Of a stretch of 64,000 bases of DNA, positions 9,917-19,550 are shown piece after piece. Position 1 is the stretch's first letter; every line of letters starts with the position of its first letter. The translations under genes were made by a program, and so were the position numbers. Source of the stretch: Clostridium sp. GTDB lineage: Bacteria; Bacillota_I; Bacilli_A; RF39; UBA660. The stretch covers positions 166-64,165 of the forward strand of contig JAMPDH010000004.1 in assembly GCA_023665725.1 (NCBI GenBank), read 5' to 3'. Below the pieces are notes generated by a model that was given only the letters and a program-made list of their open reading frames with translations, ran no database searches and was not told where the DNA came from.

Positions 9917-10194
9917 AACCACCACTTCCTTAATTTATTAAATAACACTTTTTTTAAAATTTGTCAATATTTTATTACCTCACCTGTAATAGTTTTATGA
10001 TAATATCAGTATAGTTAGTTTTTTGAAAATGTCAGTAAATTAATTTATAATATTTCTCCAAAAAGGAGAAAAAAATGAAAGGAAGTGTAATTTTAAATCA
10101 AAAAGAACAAAGACTAAAACTATTACAGTAATTACATAAAAAGCTTGATTTTTTTAGGCTTTATGTTAATATATATCACTAGGGGGAAATATAA

Positions 10195-11160
10195 ATGAAT
10201 TTTATTAAATCTTTAAAAGAAAAAATAGAATGGCATTCATATAATGAAACTAGAAAAAATTATATATATGAATCTATTTCTGACTATGGAAAAATTGTTG
10301 AAGAAAATGATAAGATAATATGTTACGTTACTCAAGACAAAGCATCCCATAGATTACATTGTTTAGGAATGCAAAATTCAGCATATGAATTAAAAAAATA
10401 TAATTTAGATAAACCAATATATTATATTTTTAATGGAATTAGATTTAAAAATTTAACTACATTAGAAACTCATTCTCATAATATTCATGTTATATTTAAA
10501 AATTGTACATTTGTTAATGGTCTTAAAATAGTTTATGCCGATGATGTAACTTTAGAAGATAATAAATATATAAGTTCTAATAATAATACATATACATCAT
10601 TTTATAGTTTTATATATCCTTTTATTGATTGTGCTGCAGATAAATTAACAATTAAAAATGATAGCTTCATAGATAATTGTTACTTAAAACATTGTAAAGA
10701 AATAAAATTTGGAATAAATATAAAAGCCCAAAAATTATGTATAATAAATTCAAATATGCGTGCAGAAAATAAAGGTCAAATATGCATTAATGCATCTAAT
10801 TTGGATGTGTCTAACTCTACTATCGAAGGACCTGAAATATATATTGATTCAGATAATATTTCATTTGAAAAAATTTTATTAAAATCTGAAAAAGGAGTTA
10901 TTATTGAAAATAAAAATTATGATTTCGATTTAAACTTTGAAGCTTCTTCTCCATATATTATCTATAATGGTATTGAAATGATAAAAAATGGTTTACTAAT
11001 AGTTAACAAAGAACAATTAGATTTATATAAAAAAAGACAAAAATTACTTAGTGTACTAAAAAATATCAGAAATGAATGTAATAATATCTATGATGATGAA
11101 GCAAAAAAAATACAAGATGATTTTTATCAACAACAAGTAATTAAAGCAATTAAAAAATGA
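10195..11160 (+). CDS. Hypothetical protein, possibly beta-helical
   Basis: 321-aa ORF with AGGGGG RBS; Asn/Ile-rich short beta-strand pattern; no family recognised. Confidence 0.7.
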   Translation: MNFIKSLKEKIEWHSYNETRKNYIYESISDYGKIVEENDKIICYVTQDKASHRLHCLGMQNSAYELKKYNLDKPIYYIFNGIRFKNLTTLETHSHNIHVIFKNCTFVNGLKIVYADDVTLEDNKYISSNNNTYTSFYSFIYPFIDCAADKLTIKNDSFIDNCYLKHCKEIKFGINIKAQKLCIINSNMRAENKGQICINASNLDVSNSTIEGPEIYIDSDNISFEKILLKSEKGVIIENKNYDFDLNFEASSPYIIYNGIEMIKNGLLIVNKEQLDLYKKRQKLLSVLKNIRNECNNIYDDEAKKIQDDFYQQQVIKAIKK

Positions 11161-11204
11161 TTTTAGATAAAATACTCTAAATCATTTTTTATTTGTAAGA
11201 ATTT

Positions 11205-13628
11205 TTATAAATTTTCATCTACTATTTCTAATTCTATTTTAGAAATTTTATAGTTATCTTTAACTTCATTCATCTTTAAATCTTTAATAAATAATGTCGC
11301 TTTAAAATCTTTAATAGATTTATTAATAGCGTCTTCTAATTCCTTATTAACATTTAGTTCAAGAGTTTTAATAGGAGTTTTAAGAGAAACATTATTATTA
11401 GTTTTTTCTCCTCTTGCTTCACTTATAATATCAATAATTTTATTTCCATTTTTAATTTCATCAGAAAATCTAAAATCTAATGATTTAATTAAAGTTTTAT
11501 GAATAGATTTTTCATCATGATATAATTCTTGATAAATTTCCTCTGTTATAAAAGGGAAGTAAATACTAAAATCTTGTAATAATTTATAAAGTAATATATA
11601 TATTGTTTTTTGCCCAGAATATCTGGCTTTTTCTCCAAATTCCTCAGGTCTATATAATCTATGTTTAACAATTTCAATATAATTATCACAGAAATTCCAG
11701 AAAAATTTTTCTATTAAATTTAAAGCAAGACCTACTTCATACTCATCTAGGTATTTTATGAATCCTTCTTCCATTTCTCTAAAACTTCCTAATATCCATT
11801 TATCAATATATTCAAAATCATCAAATTCTTTATCTACATAATCCTGTAAATGCATTTCTATAAATTTAGAAACATTCCATATTTTAGTAACCAGTTTACG
11901 TCCCCTTTGTAAAGTTTCTTCACTATATACTATATCTGTACCAAGTCTTCCAGTTCCAGCCCAGTAACGAATAACATCTGCAGAATATGTATTTATTAAA
12001 TCAATAGGTTCAACTTTACTATTACCTTTACTTTTACTAATTTTCTCTCCCTTACTTGCCATAACAAATCCTGATATCATTACATTATCCCATGGTCTAA
12101 TTCCAAAGTGGTAAAAGCTTTTTACTATAGTATAAAAATCCCAAGTTCTAATAATTTCAGATGCATTTGTTCTAATGCTCATTGGTTTTAAGAAAGATTC
12201 ATAATTATCAGTTTCCCCATATTTCATATTAATTAAAGGTGTAATAGAAGAAGTTGCCCATGTATCCATAACATCTGTTTCAGGAATAAAATCAGTTGAG
12301 CCACATTTAGGGCAACAATCTATATGAGGCTTATCTACTAATGGATTTACTGGTAAATCTTTTGAGTCCGCAAAAATAGGTTCACCACACTCTTTACAGT
12401 ACCATACTGGAAATGGAACTCCAAAATATCTTTGTCTAGATATACACCAATCCCACATAATATTATTTACCCATTCATCATATCTAGTATGCATATAATC
12501 AGGATACCACTTAATCTCATTACCAATACGTAAGAAGTCTTCCTTGTGATTCATAATGTCAATAAACCATTGCTTCATTACAGCATATTCTACTTCTTTT
12601 CCACATCTTTCATGGGTTTGAACCTCATGTTCAAGTTCTTCTACTTTTACAACAAATCCAGCCTCAGTTAAATCTTCTATTATTTGTTTTCTAGCATCTT
12701 TTATTTTCATCCCACCATAATTAGGAATATTGTCAATAATACGTCCATCAGTTGTAAATATATATTTTAATGGTAAATTATACTTTTTCCACCACTCAAT
12801 ATCAGTTTGATCTCCAAATGTACAACACATAACAATACCTGTTCCTTTAGATGAATCAACCTTTTCATCTGCCATAATTGGAACATCTATATTTATTATT
12901 GGAATATGAGCAGTTTTTCCAATTAACGATTTATGTAATTCATCATTTGGATTTACAAAAACTGAGACTATAGCTGGTAATAGCTCAGGACGAGTTGTCG
13001 CTATTGTAAATTCTTCATTTGTTTCTACTGTTTTAAAATTAATATAATTAAAAGTTGTTTTAATTGTCTTAGTTTCAAGTTCTGCTTGCGCAATTGAAGT
13101 TAAACATTCATTACACCATAAAGCCGGGCTTTCCCTATGATAACAATGTCCTTTATGTGCTAAATCCAAAAATGATGCTTGACTAATTTTAATAGTAGAT
13201 GGACTTACTGTTTTATAATGAATATTCCAATCTGTACTTACACCCATTTTACTAAATAATTCTTGAAATTCAGATTCATATTTATCAGTTGTTTCATAAC
13301 ACAACTTAGAAAACTCTTCTCTTCCTATTTCATGTGCTCTTTTGCCCTGTTCTTTTTCTACTAATCTTTCACTTGGAAGACCATTATCATCAAAACCAAA
13401 TGGGTAAAAAATATTATAACCTCTTAGTCTTTTATATCTAGCTATCATTTCGGTTTGAGAATATGAAAATATATGACCTATATGAATTTTACCATTTACA
13501 GTAGGTGGTGGTGTATCTATAGAAAACACTTCTCTTTTATCAGGAATAAATTCATATATTTTATTTTCCTTCCAATAATTTAACCATTTTTGTTCTTTAA
13601 GATTTGCATCATATTTTTTATCTAACAT
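11205..13628 (-). CDS. valS: Valine--tRNA ligase (short, archaeal-like type)
   Basis: FSIDTPPPTVNGKIHIGH, DWCISRQRYFG, KISKS; Val T-box upstream. Confidence 0.95.
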   Translation of the reverse strand: MLDKKYDANLKEQKWLNYWKENKIYEFIPDKREVFSIDTPPPTVNGKIHIGHIFSYSQTEMIARYKRLRGYNIFYPFGFDDNGLPSERLVEKEQGKRAHEIGREEFSKLCYETTDKYESEFQELFSKMGVSTDWNIHYKTVSPSTIKISQASFLDLAHKGHCYHRESPALWCNECLTSIAQAELETKTIKTTFNYINFKTVETNEEFTIATTRPELLPAIVSVFVNPNDELHKSLIGKTAHIPIINIDVPIMADEKVDSSKGTGIVMCCTFGDQTDIEWWKKYNLPLKYIFTTDGRIIDNIPNYGGMKIKDARKQIIEDLTEAGFVVKVEELEHEVQTHERCGKEVEYAVMKQWFIDIMNHKEDFLRIGNEIKWYPDYMHTRYDEWVNNIMWDWCISRQRYFGVPFPVWYCKECGEPIFADSKDLPVNPLVDKPHIDCCPKCGSTDFIPETDVMDTWATSSITPLINMKYGETDNYESFLKPMSIRTNASEIIRTWDFYTIVKSFYHFGIRPWDNVMISGFVMASKGEKISKSKGNSKVEPIDLINTYSADVIRYWAGTGRLGTDIVYSEETLQRGRKLVTKIWNVSKFIEMHLQDYVDKEFDDFEYIDKWILGSFREMEEGFIKYLDEYEVGLALNLIEKFFWNFCDNYIEIVKHRLYRPEEFGEKARYSGQKTIYILLYKLLQDFSIYFPFITEEIYQELYHDEKSIHKTLIKSLDFRFSDEIKNGNKIIDIISEARGEKTNNNVSLKTPIKTLELNVNKELEDAINKSIKDFKATLFIKDLKMNEVKDNYKISKIELEIVDENL

Positions 13629-13643
13629 AATAAATTTTCCTTT

Positions 13644-14120
13644 CTAATTTGTAGACCCAATAGACCCTACTCTAATATTTGTTATTTCTTTTTCATTATC
13701 TACAGTTAAAAACTTCATAAATATTCCTTGACATATTTTATCCCCTATATGAACTTCATAGTCCTTATCGCCTTCATTTTGAAGTTTAACCCATATGTGC
13801 CCTTCATTATCTATATTATTATAATAATCTGCATCAATAATGCCTACTTGATTGCACATTCTAATATTATATTTAAAACCTTGACTACTTCTAACAAATA
13901 AAAATAAAACTTCATCATCATTCATATTTGCTTTTATACCTAATGGTATTTTTTTTATTTCATTTTGTTTTAAAGTAAAATCTATAATAGATATAAAATC
14001 ATATCCTGCACTTTTTTTAGTACTTCTTTTAGGAGTATCATATTTTTTATATAATAAAACATCATCTTTTATATCTTTTTTAAATTGTTCATAACTTATT
14101 TTTTCAAAATATCTTCCCAT
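13644..14120 (-). CDS. dut: Trimeric dUTPase
   Basis: SAGYD, RSS, GIIDADYY, KICQGIF, RVGSIGST motifs. Confidence 0.9.
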   Translation of the reverse strand: MGRYFEKISYEQFKKDIKDDVLLYKKYDTPKRSTKKSAGYDFISIIDFTLKQNEIKKIPLGIKANMNDDEVLFLFVRSSQGFKYNIRMCNQVGIIDADYYNNIDNEGHIWVKLQNEGDKDYEVHIGDKICQGIFMKFLTVDNEKEITNIRVGSIGSTN

Positions 14121-14134
14121 AAAAATCTCCCTAA

Positions 14135-14375
14135 AAATAAAACGGATAAACTTTAATCCTAAAGGACGAGTTTACCCGTGGTACCACCTTAATTTATAAA
14201 TAAAATATTTATACACTTATACATTTAACGCATGTTAATCGTTTTATCCTACTCTTATTTCAGATAAACAGCTCCTAAACTACCTTCTATTATAAGTCTT
14301 TTAAGAAAAACTTTCAGCTAATGTTTTTCCTCTCTAATAACGCTTATAATATACTCCTTTTATTCATTGCCTTTA
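14135..14375 (-). promoter_or_regulatory. T-box riboswitch with Val specifier
   Basis: T-box AAGGTGGTACCACG (14177-14190), AGAGA and GCTGAAA stem I motifs, GAAG-GTA specifier (GUA = Val, 14281-14283), terminator with U-tract. Promoter TTGCTT-17-TATCAT at 14405-14433. Confidence 0.9.
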
Positions 14376-14422
14376 AAAAATAAATTTATCTTATTTATAA
14401 GTATATGATAACATAAAACTAC

Positions 14423-14443
14423 TTATCAAGCAATACTTTATTT
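14423..14443. repeat. 21-bp direct repeat, left copy (ttatcaagcaatactttattt)
   Basis: Identical to 19530-19550. Confidence 0.9.
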
Positions 14444-14463
14444 AATTAGATAAATTTATTAGT

Positions 14464-15825
14464 TTAATATTTTTTACATATTATTTTTGAATCTTCCACA
14501 ATTTCCTTGCTTTCTTCTTTTTGTAATATCATTTGTAAATCTTTTGTAAGAATACATGCTTGACCAACTTTATTTGAATTTGAAATAATATCTAAATAAA
14601 TTCTTGCTAAATCAAATCTTTTTTTAGATAAAGTTTCATAGAAACTTTTTATGTATTCTGAAATATCAAATTTAAATTTTTCACGACTAATATAGCTAAG
14701 ATAAGCCATTGGTTTTAAAAATGAAAAATCTTGTTCTATTAAACTAATCTTAATTAAATCAACTATTAAAAATTCATATTTAGATTTATTTATGCTTTTT
14801 AGATATTTTTTTAAGTTTATAGAAAAATTATCTAAATCTTCATTTAATAAATATGTAGTTAAATCTAAAAATGTAACTTTTAATGTATTATTCCCTTGTC
14901 TTCTATTAATAGTTTCTTCCTTTTTTTGCTCAATTAACTCTATTATATTAGTAAGCAAAATATTTAAGTAATTTGAATTAGGATTTAAATTTTTACTTTC
15001 AAAATATTTAATATTTAACTCTAAAGCAAGATCATAATTTTTTCCATCAATTGCATCATACATATCATCAGTTTCAAAAATTTCTACTTTAGGTATATTG
15101 TTTGTATTTTTAATTTTTAATATATCAGAAGATAATGTTAAAATATATTCTTCATTAATACCTAAGCATCCTTTTTCTTGCATTTCTTCTAAATATTGGG
15201 TAATTTCACTATAGCTTTTATTATATAATAAGGTACCTATGTTTTTTTGTATTGTTGAAATAATTCCAATTGATTGTGTTAATAATGTATATATAATTAC
15301 ATCTGAAACATTAAGTTCTTCCTTACTTTTTAATTCATTAAATTGAAATAAAGCTAATTTAAATTTTTTATTGAAACATGATAATCTAATTTTATTTCTT
15401 TTTTCTATTTCATTATATCTTTCATCATTAAAATCTATTTTTATATCTTTATATTTAAAAAATTTTACATATTGTTTATATTTTTCTGGAATTTCAGTTA
15501 TTATATTTAATAAATATAAATAAAAATTATTATCTGAGTCATAAAATTTATTATTAATATTCATTAATTCTTCAAAATAAATAAACGCCTTTTTATAATT
15601 TTCATCTTGTATAGCAAGTAAAAATAAATAATTACATGTATCTATATTATTAGAATCTATTTTATAACATTTTTCAAAACAAGTAGTTGCTTTATCGTAT
15701 TCCTTTTTAGAAATAAGTTCTTTACCATAATTAAATAAATCTTTTAAACTACAACCATCTAAATCATTAATTAATAAATTATTGTTATTTAAATTTTCCT
15801 CTATCATTTTAACTACTACCTTCAT
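14464..15825 (-). CDS. TPR-like protein with a C-terminal domain shared with the upstream sigma factor
   Basis: N-terminal TPR pattern (GKELISKKEYDKATTCFEKCYKID); C-terminal FKFDISEYIKSFYETL matches sigma FIFDISEYIKDFYETL. Confidence 0.7.
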   Translation of the reverse strand: MKVVVKMIEENLNNNNLLINDLDGCSLKDLFNYGKELISKKEYDKATTCFEKCYKIDSNNIDTCNYLFLLAIQDENYKKAFIYFEELMNINNKFYDSDNNFYLYLLNIITEIPEKYKQYVKFFKYKDIKIDFNDERYNEIEKRNKIRLSCFNKKFKLALFQFNELKSKEELNVSDVIIYTLLTQSIGIISTIQKNIGTLLYNKSYSEITQYLEEMQEKGCLGINEEYILTLSSDILKIKNTNNIPKVEIFETDDMYDAIDGKNYDLALELNIKYFESKNLNPNSNYLNILLTNIIELIEQKKEETINRRQGNNTLKVTFLDLTTYLLNEDLDNFSINLKKYLKSINKSKYEFLIVDLIKISLIEQDFSFLKPMAYLSYISREKFKFDISEYIKSFYETLSKKRFDLARIYLDIISNSNKVGQACILTKDLQMILQKEESKEIVEDSKIICKKY

Positions 15826-16795
15826 TTCTTTTAAGCATTAATTTTTTACTAGTTGACATTTTCTCCATATCAAATTCATCTGATAATAAAACAGGATACA
15901 TTGTTATTATATCTTTAGTTCCTATTAAAGTTGAAACACATAAATCATATGTTAAATTATCTTCCTTAAATCCTATAGGAAAATCCAATTTAAATCTATA
16001 CATATCAGAAAGTTCAAAATGATTAGCATTTATAGTCTTAATTTTTTCTCTAGCAATTTCTAACAAATCTTTTAAATCAATAGTTTCCAGAAAACATCCA
16101 TCATTAAATTGTTCTTTCTGATTCTTATGCATTTTTATATGATTTAGTAATACTTCATCACTAGAATTAAATAACCTACTAATTGTATATTTATTTTCTA
16201 AATTGTCGAAATTATAATCTTTTAATTCCCCTAAAAAATACAAAGTATATGTATACATAATATCATAATGTGCCAATAATTTTGGAGTTAAAGTTGACTC
16301 ATCTATTGATTTTAATAATCTATTTGCTTCATCATATCTTTTTTCTAAAAAATTTAAGCAAACTAATCCAAACATAGCCTGTACATAAAATTTTTCATTT
16401 AAACATAGAGTTTCATACATATTTCTAGCAATATCATAATCTGCAGTTTGTGTATATAATTTTGTAAGGGAAATTAATGCTTTATATTGAAAACTTGGAT
16501 CTTTCATACATTCACTATAATATTTTTTACTTCTTTCAAAATTATATTCTATATTTTCAAGTAATCCATAATAAAACTTAATTTCTGTCGAATGTATTTT
16601 ACTATTATTTAATATATTCCTTACTCTTGCATATTTTCCTTCTTTTATGTCAATTTTAACTAGTTTTATGCGTGCTTGATTACAAAAATCTCCATTTTTT
16701 TTGCACAAATATTCGAACCTTTTTCTTGCAGAAGCATAGTCATAGCTATTTAAAAATATCATTGCTTCATTATAAATTTTTGATTCATTAACCAT
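15809..16795 (-). CDS. TPR-like protein
   Basis: Repeated helical motifs (YDYASARKRFE, YARVRNIL, FERSKKYY, YDIARNMYE, YDEANRLL). Confidence 0.7.
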   Translation of the reverse strand: MVNESKIYNEAMIFLNSYDYASARKRFEYLCKKNGDFCNQARIKLVKIDIKEGKYARVRNILNNSKIHSTEIKFYYGLLENIEYNFERSKKYYSECMKDPSFQYKALISLTKLYTQTADYDIARNMYETLCLNEKFYVQAMFGLVCLNFLEKRYDEANRLLKSIDESTLTPKLLAHYDIMYTYTLYFLGELKDYNFDNLENKYTISRLFNSSDEVLLNHIKMHKNQKEQFNDGCFLETIDLKDLLEIAREKIKTINANHFELSDMYRFKLDFPIGFKEDNLTYDLCVSTLIGTKDIITMYPVLLSDEFDMEKMSTSKKLMLKRNEGSS

Positions 16796-16816
16796 AATTT
16801 TATCCCCCTTACTCTT

Positions 16817-19372
16817 TTAGTTTAATTTTTTTTGCATCACTACTATTGCATCATCAATAAATTTATTTATTTTTTCTTTATAAAGTAATAATACCTTCTT
16901 TGTTATCTCATTTACTTCGCTTTCATCTATTCCTAAGAAGTTAGCAATTGATTCTGTAGAAAAATATTTATCATCAATATAACCTAGTTTTAAACAAATT
17001 ATAAGTGCTTCTTTAGGAGTTAATATATTTAACATTTCTTTAAAAGATGTTGATTTTATTAACTCTAACATTTTAATATAATCTTCTTTTTCTAAATTTA
17101 AAACTTCTTTATTTTTAGAACTATCTTTTAAATTAATTGGTATAGATTCTTGAACTTGATTATTAATTACTTCATTTTCACAAGATTCTTCTATATTTAT
17201 TTTAATCTCATTTAAGTCATTAGTTTTAATTTTTGTTCTGTCCTTACTCGTTTCATAGTTATCTACCTTTATCAATCTTCTCATCTTTGGAAGTAAATTA
17301 GCATAAAATTTTGCACTTTCTTTTTTTCCAAACTTTGGATCAGTTTTTGGATTATCTAAATCATTTCCATTTCTTAAATCAAACCAAGTTTTCTCTTCTT
17401 CAGTTAATTTACTAATAACCCTACTATTAACTAATTCTTTGTCATAACAATTTAAAAGTTCATATACTGTTCTTAGTCTTTTATGTTTACCTTGCTTAAT
17501 TTCTTTCTCATTTTTATTTGCTTGTTCATTAATTACTTTATTTTCAGAAGGTTCTTCTACATTTACTTTATCTTCAACTGCATTTAATTTATCAGTTTTA
17601 ATTATTGGTCTACTTTTATAATTATCTACCTTTATCATTCTTTTCATTTTTTGAAGCAAATAATCATTAAATCTTACTTTCTCATCTTTTCCAAACTTTG
17701 GATTTGGTTGTGGATTATCTAAATCGTTTCCATTTCTTAAATCAAATAAAATTTTCTCTTCTTCAGTTAATTTACTAATAACTCTTCTATTAACTAATTC
17801 TTTGTCATAACAATCTAAAAGTTCATATACTGTTCTTAATCTTTTATGTTTATATTGTTTAGTTTCCTTCTCATTTTTATTTACTTGTTCATTAATTACT
17901 TTATCTTCAACATTTTCCATTTCATCATCTTCTTCTCTTTCATAAATATTTCCTATAGATTTATATAAAGCATGTTGCAAATTCCCTGTTAGAATTTTAG
18001 AAAAACCTAACTCATTTGAATTTTTAATTATATTTAAATATATATTTGCTTCGTCTAATCTATCTTCTTGTAAAGTTTCATAAAAATCTTTTATATATTC
18101 CGAAATATCAAATATAAAATCTTTACTATTTATTTCGTTAATAATACTTAATACTTTTGTGAATTTATCATCTTTTTCTATTACACTTATATTAATCAAA
18201 TTACGTATTAATGGTTCATATTTGATTTTATCAATACTATTTAAGTATTTATTCAAAGTTATAAATGCATTATCTAAATCTCCTTTATCTAAATATTTAA
18301 TAAAGTCCATATAACTATTTCCTCCTTCATTTATCTGTGTTATAGCGTAAGAGTTCTCGCTAATATTATTACTTTGTGTACTACTATCTTCATCTTTATC
18401 AGTAATTTCATCATACATATTTTCACTATTCAAATTGTTTGAGTTTACTTGTTTTAAAACTTCTTCCATTTCTGGAATTAAAACATTATAAAAATAATTT
18501 TTATCATTTTCATTAAAACATTTATCCGTTATAGCAAGTTCTAAATCATTTCCATAGGTTTCTTTTATAAAATTTTTACTTTCTTCTTTTAATAAATCAA
18601 TTACAACATTAGTTTGATTTTTTATACATGGTAAAATATCATATACTGTGTGTAGTTTTCCACATTTGTTTTCATAATAATTTATATTATTCGTGTTGAA
18701 TTCTCCTTTTGTTTTGTTATTTTGTTTATCATAATTTTCTAATTCATCTTTCATTAATTTTAAATTTTTACTTATTATTCTACTCACATAGCTTCGAGAA
18801 ATGTTTAATTTTTTCCCAATTTCTCTATGATTTAATTGTTTTCTATTATCTAAACCAAAATATAGCTTCATAATCTCTTTATCTCTATCTTTAAGTTTAT
18901 CTAAAATAGTAAACATTTCTTTTATTTCTTCTTTATTTTCGATATTAAAAATAAACTCTTCAGATTTATCTTCTAACACATCTTCGATAGTAATATTTTC
19001 TTCTTCATTTATAAATTCATTTATGCTTATACCATTTATATATTTATTATATTTTCTAAAAGACATGAATAATTCATTTGTAATACATTTCGATGCATAA
19101 GAGGAAAATAAAATATTCTTTTCTATATCAAATGTATCAACACTTTTTATTAAACCAATTAAGCCAATAGATTCTAAATCATCCTTTTCATTAGTTAAAG
19201 AAGGATTTTTAAATATTAAATTGCTTACTATTTTTAAAACTAATCTTATGTTATGTTTAATTATCTTTTCTCTAGCTTTAAAGTCCCCATCCTGTTTAAA
19301 TTTTTCAAATAAAGAATTTAATTCTTCTTTTGATAATTTGTGAGGTAATTTTTGACTATTTAATAAACTCAT
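16817..19372 (-). CDS. 851-aa multidomain sigma-70 family factor with SigK/SigE-like N-terminus
   Basis: AREKIIKHNIRLVLKIV, DDLESIGLIGLIKSVDTFD, FSSYASKCITNELFM, region 4 LKDRDKEIMKLYFGL...HREIGKKLNISRSYVSRI, then ~630 extra residues. Confidence 0.9.
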   Translation of the reverse strand: MSLLNSQKLPHKLSKEELNSLFEKFKQDGDFKAREKIIKHNIRLVLKIVSNLIFKNPSLTNEKDDLESIGLIGLIKSVDTFDIEKNILFSSYASKCITNELFMSFRKYNKYINGISINEFINEEENITIEDVLEDKSEEFIFNIENKEEIKEMFTILDKLKDRDKEIMKLYFGLDNRKQLNHREIGKKLNISRSYVSRIISKNLKLMKDELENYDKQNNKTKGEFNTNNINYYENKCGKLHTVYDILPCIKNQTNVVIDLLKEESKNFIKETYGNDLELAITDKCFNENDKNYFYNVLIPEMEEVLKQVNSNNLNSENMYDEITDKDEDSSTQSNNISENSYAITQINEGGNSYMDFIKYLDKGDLDNAFITLNKYLNSIDKIKYEPLIRNLINISVIEKDDKFTKVLSIINEINSKDFIFDISEYIKDFYETLQEDRLDEANIYLNIIKNSNELGFSKILTGNLQHALYKSIGNIYEREEDDEMENVEDKVINEQVNKNEKETKQYKHKRLRTVYELLDCYDKELVNRRVISKLTEEEKILFDLRNGNDLDNPQPNPKFGKDEKVRFNDYLLQKMKRMIKVDNYKSRPIIKTDKLNAVEDKVNVEEPSENKVINEQANKNEKEIKQGKHKRLRTVYELLNCYDKELVNSRVISKLTEEEKTWFDLRNGNDLDNPKTDPKFGKKESAKFYANLLPKMRRLIKVDNYETSKDRTKIKTNDLNEIKINIEESCENEVINNQVQESIPINLKDSSKNKEVLNLEKEDYIKMLELIKSTSFKEMLNILTPKEALIICLKLGYIDDKYFSTESIANFLGIDESEVNEITKKVLLLYKEKINKFIDDAIVVMQKKLN
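17255..17908. repeat. Intragenic tandem duplication, 363-bp (121-aa) period
   Basis: ttatctacctttatca at 17259 and 17622; KHKRLRTVYELL.CYDKELVN.RVISKLTEEEK..FDLRNGNDLDNP occurs twice. Confidence 0.9.
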
Positions 19373-19529
19373 ATTTTATTCCCCACCTTCAACTAATAAT
19401 TTATAAAAGTTAATATCTATAATATCATATTATAAATATAATTATCAATAATTTTATCTAATTTTGAATAAAAAGACATTAAAATCACTAAAGTTTTAAT
19501 GTCTAAAATTTTTATTTTTATTATTTTAT

Positions 19530-19550
19530 TTATCAAGCAATACTTTATTT
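19530..19550. repeat. 21-bp direct repeat, right copy, overlapping the metG stop
   Basis: Identical to 14423-14443. Confidence 0.9.

Larger units (their letters stand above)
14423..19550. mobile_element. Integrated islet (sigma + two TPR genes) bounded by 21-bp direct repeats
   Basis: Perfect direct repeat overlapping the metG stop codon and the -35 of the valS T-box promoter; no integrase inside. Confidence 0.65.
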
